Assembly: GCA_002683405.1 (NCBI GenBank)
Contig: NYTH01000008.1
Location: 54,040-118,039 of the forward strand
DNA length: 64,000 nucleotides
From: Salinisphaeraceae bacterium
Lineage (GTDB): Bacteria > Pseudomonadota > Gammaproteobacteria > Nevskiales > Salinisphaeraceae
Direction of reading: 5' to 3'
The notes under the pieces were generated by a model. It had not been told where the DNA came from. It worked only from the letters and a program-made list of their open reading frames with translations, and made no database searches. The translations under genes and the position numbers were made by a program. Below are positions 36,067-44,019 of the stretch, in pieces; position 1 is the first letter of the stretch, and each line of letters begins with the position of its first letter.

Positions 36067-37814
36067 TGCGGTACGGCCTTTTCGAGATGGGCGGTGAATT
36101 CGTCAGCATTCATTTCGCCCACCACGCGATAGGCGCGTCGCTCCTGGCCGTCCGCGCCGAAAAACAGGATCGTCGGCGGGCCGATGACGCCCAGCCGCTG
36201 CATGATCGCGCGATCGTCGGCGTTGTAGTCGGTGACATCCACCTGCAGCGCCGCCCAGGCTTCCAGGACGTTCTGCACGGCCGGCCGGGCGAAGACCTGA
36301 TGCTCCATATGCACGCATTCCACGCACCAGTCGGCGTAGAAATCAAGCACGACCGGTTTGTTCTGTTCCTTCGCGCGAGCCAGGGCATCTTCCAGTGAGG
36401 CGATATCGCTCACCCGCGTGAACGGGCTATCGGCAGCGCGGGAAGCCGGTTCGCCGCTCAGCCACTGCGACGGCAAAGGCGACAGCGCACTCTGGCCGCC
36501 CAACAGGGCGCCGGCGGCCAGTACCAGCGCGTAGAGCGCCAGCAGCGTGCCCGCCAGCCGGAAAACCACGGCGCCCGGCTGGCGCAGCAGATAAACCGCA
36601 TAGCCCGCCGCGAGCAGCGACCACAGCGTCAGACTCACGCTCGCGGGCAGCACGCGCTCCAGCAGCCACAGGCCCACGCCGAGCAGCACCATGCCGAACA
36701 GCACATTCACCTGACGCATCCAGTGTCCCGCCCGCGGCAGCAGTCCGGCGCCGGCGACCGCCAGCACGATCAGCGGCAGCCCCATGCCCAGACCCAGCGC
36801 GAACAGCGCCAGGCCGCCCAGTACGGCATCGCCGCTGCTACCGATATACAGCAGGGCGCCCGCCAGCGGCGGCGCAAGACAGGGCCCGACGATGAGCGCC
36901 GAGGTAAACCCCAGCAGCGCTGCCCCCGCAATGCCGCTGCGGCCGCGCCCGATCTCCGTCAGACGCTGCTGCAGCCCGGCCGGCATGGCCAGATTGAACA
37001 GGCCGAACATGGCGAGTGCGAGCAGCGCGAACAGCAGCGCGAAGGGCACGAGAACCCAGGGTGATTGCAGCGCGGCCTGCAGATTGGCCCCGAACAGGCC
37101 AGCCAGCACGCCGAAGACGGTATAGGCGGCCGCCATGGCCAGCACGTAGACGCTGGACAGCCAGAACGCTCGCTGACGGCCGGCCTGGGCGCCGACGATC
37201 ATGCCCGAGACGATGGGAATCATGGGCAACACGCAGGGCGTGAGGGCCAGCAGCAGCCCCAGGCCCAGAAAACTCAGAATGACCAGCGCGCGGTTGTCGC
37301 CGGCCAGCTGCGCGGCCAGCCGATCCTGCTGCGACTGGAACCCGGGCTGTGATTCGGCGCTCGCCGCGCCCCCGCTCAGGTCCACACGCTGGCGCTGGGG
37401 CGGATAGCACAGGCCGGCATCGGCGCAGCCCTGATACTCCACGTCGAGCGCAGCGGGCGTCACGCCGCCTTGAACGGCTAGAGTGATTTCGAGAAAGCCT
37501 CGGTAAGTCTCTATTTCACCGAAATAATCATCGGTTTCCTTGTTTCCGTCCGGCAGCTTGGGCGGGCCGATGCGCGCGGCGCTGCCCTCGGGCAGTTCGA
37601 ACTTGAAGGCGTGGCGGTAGAGATAGTGTTCCGGCGCAACCGTGAAGCGCAGCGTCACGACCTCGTCGTTGGCAATGCCCTGTAGCTGAAAGGCCTGCTC
37701 CACCGGCAGGAAATCGGTCTTGCGCTGGCCGTCAAGAATGCCGGCCAGCGCCATTGGCATGGCCAGCAGGGTCGCCAGCACTGTACCGATGACCCATGTT
37801 CGCGCCGGTCTCAT
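36063..37814 (-). CDS. dsbD: Thiol:disulfide interchange protein DsbD (DipZ)
   Basis: Start at MRPARTWVIG with a signal peptide. N-terminal domain 'YQGCADAGLCYPP', central TM domain 'LTPCVLPMIP...VGPCLAPPL' and C-terminal thioredoxin 'DFYADWCVECV'. The upstream 730-aa extension overlaps cutA and was rejected. Confidence 0.92.
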   Translation of the reverse strand: MRPARTWVIGTVLATLLAMPMALAGILDGQRKTDFLPVEQAFQLQGIANDEVVTLRFTVAPEHYLYRHAFKFELPEGSAARIGPPKLPDGNKETDDYFGEIETYRGFLEITLAVQGGVTPAALDVEYQGCADAGLCYPPQRQRVDLSGGAASAESQPGFQSQQDRLAAQLAGDNRALVILSFLGLGLLLALTPCVLPMIPIVSGMIVGAQAGRQRAFWLSSVYVLAMAAAYTVFGVLAGLFGANLQAALQSPWVLVPFALLFALLALAMFGLFNLAMPAGLQQRLTEIGRGRSGIAGAALLGFTSALIVGPCLAPPLAGALLYIGSSGDAVLGGLALFALGLGMGLPLIVLAVAGAGLLPRAGHWMRQVNVLFGMVLLGVGLWLLERVLPASVSLTLWSLLAAGYAVYLLRQPGAVVFRLAGTLLALYALVLAAGALLGGQSALSPLPSQWLSGEPASRAADSPFTRVSDIASLEDALARAKEQNKPVVLDFYADWCVECVHMEHQVFARPAVQNVLEAWAALQVDVTDYNADDRAIMQRLGVIGPPTILFFGADGQERRAYRVVGEMNADEFTAHLEKAVPQ

Positions 37815-38137
37815 GCGCTGGTTTGCCCCTGCAGCCAGGCAAGATAGTCGGGCAGACCCGCCACGATCGGCGTGGCGATGATCTCGGGCACATCGTCGGG
37901 GTGGAGGCTGCGAATGGCCTCGATCAACGGCTCCAGCCGTGCCCGATGCGTCTTGATGAACAGCAGACACTCCTCGTCCTGCTCGACCCGACCTTCCCAG
38001 CGATAGGTGGACAGGGCGCCGGGCAGCAGATTGGCGCAGGCGGCCAGGCGCTCTTCCACCAATTTTTCGGCTATCCGCAGCCCGATATCGCGTGAGGGAC
38101 AGGTAGCGTGGACCAGTAATGCGTCGGAATCGGTCAT
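37811..38137 (-). CDS. cutA: Divalent-cation tolerance protein CutA
   Basis: 108 aa from MTDSDALLVHATCPS. 'ACANLLPGALSTYRWEGRVEQDEECLLFIKT' is the CutA1 core. ATGA overlap with dsbD. Confidence 0.9.
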   Translation of the reverse strand: MTDSDALLVHATCPSRDIGLRIAEKLVEERLAACANLLPGALSTYRWEGRVEQDEECLLFIKTHRARLEPLIEAIRSLHPDDVPEIIATPIVAGLPDYLAWLQGQTSA

Positions 38138-38307
38138 GTCGTGTACGAGGCTCTTGATCGTCTGGCGCAGTGGACCCGCGCAGCGGTCGTTCAATTGCAT
38201 GACCAGACCGCAGCAGGCGGCGGCCGGACGCGTGCGCGAGGCGCGATTGTAGCAAGCACGGGTGTTAACATCCGCCACCCGATTCGTTCATATCCAAGGA
38301 GAGACAT

Positions 38308-38943
38308 ATGGCGCTGCGACTGGGTGATACGGCCCCCGATTTCGAAGCGGATACCACCGAAGGACACATCAACTTCCACGAATGGAGCGGCGACAGCTGG
38401 ATCGTGCTGTTCTCGCACCCGGCCGATTTCACGCCCGTCTGCACGACGGAGCTGGGCGAAACGGCCCGCCTGAGGGCCGAGTTCGACAAGCGGAATACCA
38501 AGGTGATCGTGGTTTCGGTCGACTCGGTGGACGATCACAAGGTGTGGTCCGGCGACATTCAGGAAACCCAGGGCTGCGCGGTCAACTTCCCGATCATCGG
38601 CGATACCGATCGCAAGGTTTCCGAACTGTACGACATGATCCATCCGGGCGAGGGCGACACGTCCACGGTGCGCTCGGTCTTTCTGATCGACCCCAACAAG
38701 AAGGTGCGGATGACGCTGACCTACCCGAAGAGCGCGGGCCGCAACTTCGCCGAAATCCTGCGCGTGATCGATTCCATCCAGCTGACCGACGGCTACAAGG
38801 TGGCCACGCCGGTGAACTGGACCGATGGCGAGGACGTGATCATTGTCCCCACGCTGTCCGACGAGGACGCCAAGACGCACTTTCCCGACGGCTGGACGAC
38901 GCTCAAGCCCTACCTGCGCGTGACCAAGCAGCCGAACAAATAG
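38308..38943 (+). CDS. 1-Cys peroxiredoxin (Prx6 subfamily)
   Basis: 211 aa with 'WIVLFSHPADFTPVCTTELG'. No resolving Cys is apparent. AAGGAGA SD upstream. Confidence 0.95.
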   Translation: MALRLGDTAPDFEADTTEGHINFHEWSGDSWIVLFSHPADFTPVCTTELGETARLRAEFDKRNTKVIVVSVDSVDDHKVWSGDIQETQGCAVNFPIIGDTDRKVSELYDMIHPGEGDTSTVRSVFLIDPNKKVRMTLTYPKSAGRNFAEILRVIDSIQLTDGYKVATPVNWTDGEDVIIVPTLSDEDAKTHFPDGWTTLKPYLRVTKQPNK

Positions 38944-38964
38944 CGCAGCGACGACAATCGACGA

Positions 38965-38993
38965 CAAAAAAGCGTCCTTCGGGGCGCTTTTTT
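38965..38993 (+). terminator. Rho-independent terminator after the peroxiredoxin gene
   Basis: aaaaa-agcgtcc-ttcg-gggcgct-tttttt. The 7-bp stem has one G.U pair and a GNRA-like 4-nt loop, followed by a 6-T run about 25 nt after the stop. An A-run on the left makes it potentially bidirectional. Confidence 0.7.
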
Positions 38994-39155
38994 GTGCGCG
39001 CGTCCAAAAGGACGCTAGCGGGTACATCGAGCGCTTCGTATTGCGCCCGAAACTGCGGCGCGACGGGTCATCGCGTCGATTTCGCCGCTGCTGTTTCGCC
39101 TGCTGCGACCGGCTAGGCATAATACGCGGCTCTCAAACCCAGGCCGAGCCGAACC

Positions 39156-40859
39156 ATGTCCGACCCAAAGCCCGTTTCAGGCGGCAAGACGCGCCGCAGC
39201 GACACGATCACCAAAGGGGTGGCCCGCGCGCCCAACCGCGCCATGCTGCGCGCCATGGGCTATACCGATGCGGATTTCGACAAGCCCATCGTGGGCGTGG
39301 CGAACGGCTATTCGACCATCACGCCCTGCAACATGAGCCTGAACGTGCTGACGGCGCGCGCCGAGTCGGCGCTGGAGGCGGCCGGCGCCAAGGCCCAGAC
39401 CTTTGGCACCATCACCGTGTCCGACGGTATTTCCATGGGCACGCCGGGCATGAAGTACTCGCTGGTCTCGCGCGAGGTCATTGCCGATTCCATTGAAACC
39501 GCCTGCCAGGCGGAATCCATGGACGGCGTGATCGCCCTGGGCGGCTGCGACAAGAACATGCCGGGCGCCATGATGGCCATCGCCCGCATGAATATCCCTG
39601 CGATTTTCGTCTACGGCGGCACGATCAAGCCGGGCAAGCTGGACGGCGAGGACCTGACCGTGGTGTCGGTGTTCGAGGCCGTGGGCCAGCACGCGGCGAA
39701 AACCATCGACGACGAGCGCCTGCGCAAGGTCGAGTGCAACGCCTGCCCGGGCGCCGGGTCCTGCGGCGGGATGTTCACGGCCAACACCATGTCTTCCGCC
39801 TTCGAGGCCATGGGCATGTCGCTGCCGTATTCATCGACCATGACGGCCGAGGGCGACGACAAGGCCGTGAGCGCCGAGGCATCGTCAAGGGTGCTGGTCG
39901 AGGCGATCGAGAAGGGGTTGCTCCCGCGCGACATCATGACCCGCAAGGCGTTCGAGAACGCCATTGCCGTCATCATGGCCGTGGGCGGCTCCACCAACGC
40001 GGTGCTGCATCTGCTGGCCATTGCGCGCGAGGCCGGCGTGCCTCTGACCATTGACGATTTCGAGGACATCCGCGGCCGCGTGCCGGTTTTCTGCGACCTC
40101 AAGCCGTCGGGCCGTTACGTCACGCTGGATCTGCACCACGCGGGCGGCATTCCTCAGGTCATGAAGATGCTGCTCGAGGCTGGCCTGCTGCACGGCGACT
40201 GTCTGACCATTGGCGGGCAGACCATTGCCGAGGTGCTGGCCGATGTGCCGGCGCAGCCGCCGGCCGGGCAGTCAGTGGTACTTCCCTTCGACCAGCCGCT
40301 CTACAAGACGGGCCACCTGGCCATTCTGAAAGGCAATCTGGCCGAGGAAGGCGGGGTGGCCAAGATAACCGGGCTGAAAAAGCCGGCCATTACCGGCCCG
40401 GCCCGGGTGTTCGATTCGGAAGAGGACGCCATGGCGGCCATTCTGGACGACCGGATCAAGGCCGGTGACGTCGTGGTCATCCGCTATGAAGGCCCGAAGG
40501 GCGGACCGGGCATGCGGGAAATGCTGTCCCCCACGTCGGCCATCGTGGGCCGGGGCCTGGGGGATCAGGTCGGCCTCATTACCGATGGCCGGTTCTCCGG
40601 CGGGACCTACGGCATGGTGGTCGGGCACGTGGCGCCCGAGGCCGCCGTGGGCGGCACCATCGCGCTGGTGGAAGAGGGCGACACGATCTGCATTGACGCG
40701 CCTGCCCGAAAGCTGGAGCTGCAGGTCGACCCGGCGGAGCTGAAGCGTCGCCGCGCGGCCTGGTCGCCGCGGCCGGCGAACGTCACGACCGGCGTGCTCG
40801 GCAAGTACGCCAAGCTGGTATCGAGCGCCAGCGAAGGTGCCATCACGGGCGGCGACTGA
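39156..40859 (+). CDS. ilvD: Dihydroxy-acid dehydratase
   Basis: 567 aa with '[19 protein letters not shown]', 'CDKNMPG' and '[12 protein letters not shown]'. Confidence 0.97.
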   Translation: MSDPKPVSGGKTRRSDTITKGVARAPNRAMLRAMGYTDADFDKPIVGVANGYSTITPCNMSLNVLTARAESALEAAGAKAQTFGTITVSDGISMGTPGMKYSLVSREVIADSIETACQAESMDGVIALGGCDKNMPGAMMAIARMNIPAIFVYGGTIKPGKLDGEDLTVVSVFEAVGQHAAKTIDDERLRKVECNACPGAGSCGGMFTANTMSSAFEAMGMSLPYSSTMTAEGDDKAVSAEASSRVLVEAIEKGLLPRDIMTRKAFENAIAVIMAVGGSTNAVLHLLAIAREAGVPLTIDDFEDIRGRVPVFCDLKPSGRYVTLDLHHAGGIPQVMKMLLEAGLLHGDCLTIGGQTIAEVLADVPAQPPAGQSVVLPFDQPLYKTGHLAILKGNLAEEGGVAKITGLKKPAITGPARVFDSEEDAMAAILDDRIKAGDVVVIRYEGPKGGPGMREMLSPTSAIVGRGLGDQVGLITDGRFSGGTYGMVVGHVAPEAAVGGTIALVEEGDTICIDAPARKLELQVDPAELKRRRAAWSPRPANVTTGVLGKYAKLVSSASEGAITGGD

Positions 40860-40880
40860 CGGCGCGCCGCCCGCCATGGC

Positions 40881-41351
40881 TCAGCGCCGGCGGGATTGCT
40901 CCTCGATGACGTTGCTGATCAGGTCGGCGATCGTCTTGCGGGCGCGCGGACTGGACCCCAGCAGCAGGCCGGTCGCCACCGCGGCGCCCACGCTCACCAG
41001 CGCGTGCTTGCGCACGGTCTCCGTCAACTGCCGACTCAGATCGTCACCCAGCTGCTGCGCCTGTTGCAGGCCGTTATCGTCCCGGGAGCCGGGTTGCGCC
41101 GTGCCGGCTGAAGCCGCGCTGGGCGGGTCGTAGCGGCCAAAGCTCATCAGCAGCCACGGAATGGCGCCCACGAAAATAACGCAAACCCCGGTCGCCAGCG
41201 CGGCGTTGACCGCGCCGATGCGGTCGGACAGCGCCAGAAAAAGAGCGACACTCAAATATACACCCCCTACCGTCACACCCAGGATGGCGAGGGTGTAGAC
41301 GCGGGTGCGGGCGGTAAAGCGCTGCAGCTGACCCTTGACGTCGAAGTTCAC
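40881..41351 (-). CDS. Membrane protein of unknown function (possible YqjE/holin-X-like partner of DUF883)
   Basis: Two to three TM helices ('VYTLAILGVTVGGVYLSVALFLAL', 'ALATGVCVIFVGAIPWLL', 'ALVSVGAAVATGLLLG'). The only plausible start that does not overlap DUF883 out of frame is GTG 41351. The start and the family are both uncertain. Confidence 0.4.
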   Translation of the reverse strand: MNFDVKGQLQRFTARTRVYTLAILGVTVGGVYLSVALFLALSDRIGAVNAALATGVCVIFVGAIPWLLMSFGRYDPPSAASAGTAQPGSRDDNGLQQAQQLGDDLSRQLTETVRKHALVSVGAAVATGLLLGSSPRARKTIADLISNVIEEQSRRR

Positions 41352-41358
41352 GACAGAC

Positions 41359-41625
41359 TCAACGGTCGAGCAGCTTGCCGATGATGAAGCCCACGCCGAA
41401 CGCCGCGAGTACCGACGTGAAGGGACGGGCCTCGATTTCCTGCTCGAGATTGCGGGTGGCTTCCTCGGCCTGTTGACGAAACTTCTCGCCGGACGCGCGA
41501 GCGCTGTCCAGCCCGGCATTCACGCGCTCGGCCGACATTTTTTTCAGGCTGTCGGTCAGGCTCGACACGTCCTGTCGCAGTGCCTGCAGGTCGCGCTGAA
41601 GGTTCTCGATTTCCTTGTCCGCCAT
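41359..41625 (-). CDS. DUF883 (ElaB/YqjD/YgaM-family) tail-anchored stress protein
   Basis: 88 aa. N-terminal coiled coil and C-terminal anchor 'RPFTSVLAAFGVGFIIGKLL', typical of the ElaB/YqjD family. Confidence 0.8.
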   Translation of the reverse strand: MADKEIENLQRDLQALRQDVSSLTDSLKKMSAERVNAGLDSARASGEKFRQQAEEATRNLEQEIEARPFTSVLAAFGVGFIIGKLLDR

Positions 41626-41708
41626 GGCTTGTCCTTGCGTTGAAACGTTGAGGCAGGCTAACGGTGAACCCGTTCTTTAGACATTGGTGTTAATACGCAT
41701 GCCGGCTG

Positions 41709-42542
41709 TCAGGCGGTGGGCTGCGGCAGCCCGAAGAAGGCCCGCGCATTGGCCGTGGTCTGCTGCGCGACTGTTTGCGGGCTCTGCCTGCGGGCGCGCG
41801 CCACCGTTTCAAGCACGTAAGGCAGGTGCGCCGGCTCGTTGCGTCGGGTTTTGGGGCGAGGGCGGATCGTGCGCGGCATCAGATAGGGCGCATCGGTTTC
41901 GATCATCAGCCGGTCGGCGGGCACGCTAGGCACGCTGGCGAACAGATCCTGGCCGCGGCGTTCATCGCAGACCCAGCCGGTAATGCCAATGTGACAGTCC
42001 AGGTCCAGGTAATCGAACAGCGCCTCCCGGCGGTCGGTGAAACAGTGCACGACGACAGCGCCCAGGCGGTGCCGCCAGTCGCGCAGCATGGGCAGAAATC
42101 GATCATGGGCGTCGCGCTGATGCAGGAACAGCGGCATGTTCAGCTCACTGGCCAGCGCCAGGTGGGCTTCGAAGGCGCGCGCCTGGTCGGCTCGCGGGCT
42201 GATATCGCGAAAGAAATCCAGACCCGTTTCGCCGATGGCCACGCATTGGGGCGTGTTCGCAAGCGCGCGGAAAACGGCCAGCATGTCGTCGCTGAAATCG
42301 CTCGCGTGGTGCGGATGCAGCCCGGCCGTGCTGTAGAGCTGGCCGGAACGTTCGCAGGCCATGGCTCGGGCTGCCTGGGCGCTGGCTTCATCACTGCCGG
42401 TAACGACGATCTGCCGAACCCCGACGTTGTCGGCGCGGTCGAGCACGGCGTCCAGATCGGCGGCGAAACTTTCGTGCGCCAGGTTGGCGCCAATATCCAC
42501 CAGTGCCGTCGGTGGTGTCTGAGCCTTCCGGATTTGCGTCAT
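41709..42542 (-). CDS. tatD: TatD-family metal-dependent hydrolase/DNase
   Basis: Start taken at MTQIRK. 'LVDIGANLAHESF', 'AIGETGLDF', 'PLFLHQRDA', 'VVHCFTD' and 'IETDAPYL' are the TatD motifs. Confidence 0.88.
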   Translation of the reverse strand: MTQIRKAQTPPTALVDIGANLAHESFAADLDAVLDRADNVGVRQIVVTGSDEASAQAARAMACERSGQLYSTAGLHPHHASDFSDDMLAVFRALANTPQCVAIGETGLDFFRDISPRADQARAFEAHLALASELNMPLFLHQRDAHDRFLPMLRDWRHRLGAVVVHCFTDRREALFDYLDLDCHIGITGWVCDERRGQDLFASVPSVPADRLMIETDAPYLMPRTIRPRPKTRRNEPAHLPYVLETVARARRQSPQTVAQQTTANARAFFGLPQPTA

Positions 42543-42599
42543 GCCGTGCTGACCAGCCCGAAACACGGGCCCGTTGATTCAAGGTGGCTGATGGCCGTA

Positions 42600-43124
42600 C
42601 TACCGGCCGGGGTATACCGGGCCGTACGACTGCAAGATGCCGCCCGACGCCCCGCCGCCGGTTGCGTCGCTGCTATCGCGGGGCGCCCCAGGTCCGCTGA
42701 CGTCGTCCAGGTCGCGGTCGTCACTGCTGCTGGAGCCGTCGGCTGCCGCGTAGACAACAATGGCGGCGCCCACGCCCAGCGCGATCCAGCCGAAATTGTT
42801 CTGTAGATAGTCCAGCGCGCCGCCTTCTTCGTTCTGCCGCAGGATCAGCTCGCGCGAGAGAACCGGCGCGCCCGATACGTTCAGCGCCTGAAAGCCATTG
42901 GGCTCGAATGCCAGTTCGAGCAGCGGCGGGGCGCCGCCCCGGATGTGCTGGCGCGCCTCGTGATCCAGCCGCAACCCGAAGCGGGCCGGTTGCGCCGCCG
43001 TGGTGGTCGGTTGATCAAAGCCAAGCGCGACGAACAGCGAGGCCTGCGGGCCATGGTCCAGCGGCGCCGACAGGGCGTGGCTGCTGGCCAGAAACGCAGC
43101 CGCAGCGATGAAAGGCATCCGCAT
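42600..43124 (-). CDS. Secreted/anchored protein of unknown function with an acidic Ser/Asp/Gly tail
   Basis: 174 aa. Signal peptide 'FIAAAAFLASSHALSA', a late TM 'FGWIALGVGAAIVVYAAA', then 'DGSSSSDDRDLDDVSGPG...GGGASGG'. No family recognised. Confidence 0.5.
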   Translation of the reverse strand: MRMPFIAAAAFLASSHALSAPLDHGPQASLFVALGFDQPTTTAAQPARFGLRLDHEARQHIRGGAPPLLELAFEPNGFQALNVSGAPVLSRELILRQNEEGGALDYLQNNFGWIALGVGAAIVVYAAADGSSSSDDRDLDDVSGPGAPRDSSDATGGGASGGILQSYGPVYPGR

Positions 43125-43331
43125 GGTGATTCTCCCGGGAAAAGGTTGTCGCGGTGGCCGACATGGTGTCCGCCGCGCAGATTAATGGCGGGCTGCGGGT
43201 CTGACAAGCGGCCGCATCAATGAGCAGGCCTGACCGGTTGCGGTGCCCGTCACGGCCGGCGCGGGCGCGTCTCGGATAGCGGCGCCGGGGGTTCTTGCTA
43301 CACTTCGCCGGGGTTCACTCGAGTCGATCCG

Positions 43332-43901
43332 ATGACGAAATATTGCCTGGGAGCCGTGCTGCTGGGGCTGGTGCACACGCTGGCCTGGGCGCAGACGCGC
43401 TACATCAGCGATGAGGTCTCGGTAAACCTTCGCAGCGGCCCCGGCATCGAATACCGGATCGAAAAGATTCTGCGCTCGGGCGATGTGGTCGAGGTCATCG
43501 AGCGCCAGGAAGGCTGGGCGCGGGTCACCGGGCCGGACGGCCAGGGCGGCTGGCTGGTCGACCGCATGCTCGTGACCGAGGAGCCGGCCGTGGCGCGGGC
43601 CCGGAAATTCGAGGCTCAGGCCCAGTCGCTGGAAACGCAGAACCAGAATCTGACGCAGGAACTACAGTCGCTGCGCGAGACCAGTGCAGACGCCGTTCGC
43701 GCCGTTCGGGAAAATCGCGAATACCGCGAGCGCATGCTGGCCCTGGAAAGCGAGGTGCAGGCACTGCGCAACGAAAACGAGGGTCTGCGCGGGCGTCATG
43801 GCGGCATGAAAATCGGCGCTGCCATTCTGGTGGTGGGGCTGCTTCTGGGTCTCATCCTGCCGCTTCTGCGGCGTCGGCCCAGCAGCAGTCACTGGGTCTG
43901 A
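43332..43901 (+). CDS. YgiM-like SH3b-domain protein (signal peptide, SH3, coiled coil, C-terminal TM)
   Basis: 189 aa with 'RYISDEVSVNLRSGPGIEYRIEKILRSGDVVEVIERQEGWARV' (SH3b), a coiled coil at aa about 95-150 and the TM 'IGAAILVVGLLLGLILPLL'. Confidence 0.75.
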   Translation: MTKYCLGAVLLGLVHTLAWAQTRYISDEVSVNLRSGPGIEYRIEKILRSGDVVEVIERQEGWARVTGPDGQGGWLVDRMLVTEEPAVARARKFEAQAQSLETQNQNLTQELQSLRETSADAVRAVRENREYRERMLALESEVQALRNENEGLRGRHGGMKIGAAILVVGLLLGLILPLLRRRPSSSHWV

Positions 43902-44019
43902 GACAGCGTCGGCACGCCGTCCGGCGTCCGTCTTGTAGGCCGTCAGCGTAAACAGTACCGTACCGCTCATCCCATCCACCGCGTGATGCCGGGTCGCCGA
44001 CCCGCACCGGAACCCCCTA

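Noticed and set aside
40881-41625. Holin-like/DUF883 pair as a prophage lysis-cassette remnant.
   Set aside because: No endolysin, spanin, capsid, tail or integrase gene is nearby. DUF883/YqjD-type genes are chromosomal stress genes, and the 'holin' resemblance is weak.
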